Source of the DNA: a virus
Taxonomy: Duplodnaviria; Heunggongvirae; Uroviricota; Caudoviricetes
DNA: 64,000 bases
IMG/VR virus record: IMGVR_UViG_3300036829_000172
Span: 126,195-190,194 of that record
Strand: one strand, 5' to 3'
The position numbers were made by a program, and so were the translations under genes. Below are positions 63,997 through 64,000 of this stretch, one piece after another. The notes beneath the pieces were generated by a model. That model saw nothing but the letters and a program-made list of their open reading frames with translations, was not told the DNA's origin and did not search any database. The first letter of the stretch is position 1. Every line of letters begins with the position of its first letter.

Positions 63997-64000
63997 TAAA

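Overview
This window looks like the non-structural arm of a high-GC (~65%) actinobacteriophage of the Mycobacterium type. It holds about 130 tightly packed genes, almost all on the + strand, and many are start/stop-overlapping (ATGA/GTGA junctions). I found no capsid, tail, terminase, integrase or canonical tRNA genes.

Products I can support from motifs:
- Ku (NHEJ)
- DNA pol III beta sliding clamp
- large ParB/Spo0J protein and a DGQHR-type ParB-like nuclease-domain protein
- AAA+ ATPase
- RecB/Cas4-like PD-(D/E)XK exonuclease interrupted by a LAGLIDADG intein
- DnaQ-like 3'-5' exonuclease
- four HNH endonucleases
- SAM-dependent methyltransferase, two glycosyltransferases and a HIT hydrolase
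- Gp37/Gp68-family protein
- DnaA domain IV-like protein
- NfeD-flotillin (SPFH) pair
- standalone voltage-sensor-like 4-TM protein
- secreted Rpf-like transglycosylase-domain protein
- GxSxG esterase (minus strand, at the window edge)

Main observations:
(1) A minus-strand Ro60/Rsr (TROVE+vWA) gene sits immediately downstream of a tandem array of five structured ncRNA units, which I interpret as Y-RNA-like. The units contain a tRNA T-arm mimic (GGTTCGAATCC) and C(UUCG)G tetraloops, have conserved ends and conserved inter-unit spacers. A promoter-like element lies upstream, and an HNH homing endonuclease gene is adjacent.
(2) A conserved ~35-45 nt leader, an inverted repeat GTTCA-N5-TGAAC followed by CACC(C)ACGAGAGAG and an SD, is dispersed in front of more than 20 + strand genes. 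The CACGAGA core also sits in front of rsr. Some copies are read through or lie inside coding sequence.
(3) Three near-identical SigA-type promoters (TGACAT-N16-TAGAAT/TAAAAT) are present. One drives a 155-nt 5' leader that folds into two perfect hairpins, and one hairpin loop is antisense to the conserved leader.
(4) The left edge carries an array of 14-bp palindromes (GGTACGCGCGTACC, 57-bp period). An intergenic region carries two 13-bp-stem hairpins, a perfect 29-bp tandem duplication and degenerate iterons.
(5) Two genes are flanked by direct repeats of the leader motif and look like cassettes.

All product calls rest on motif-level reading of the translations. Nothing here was searched against a database.
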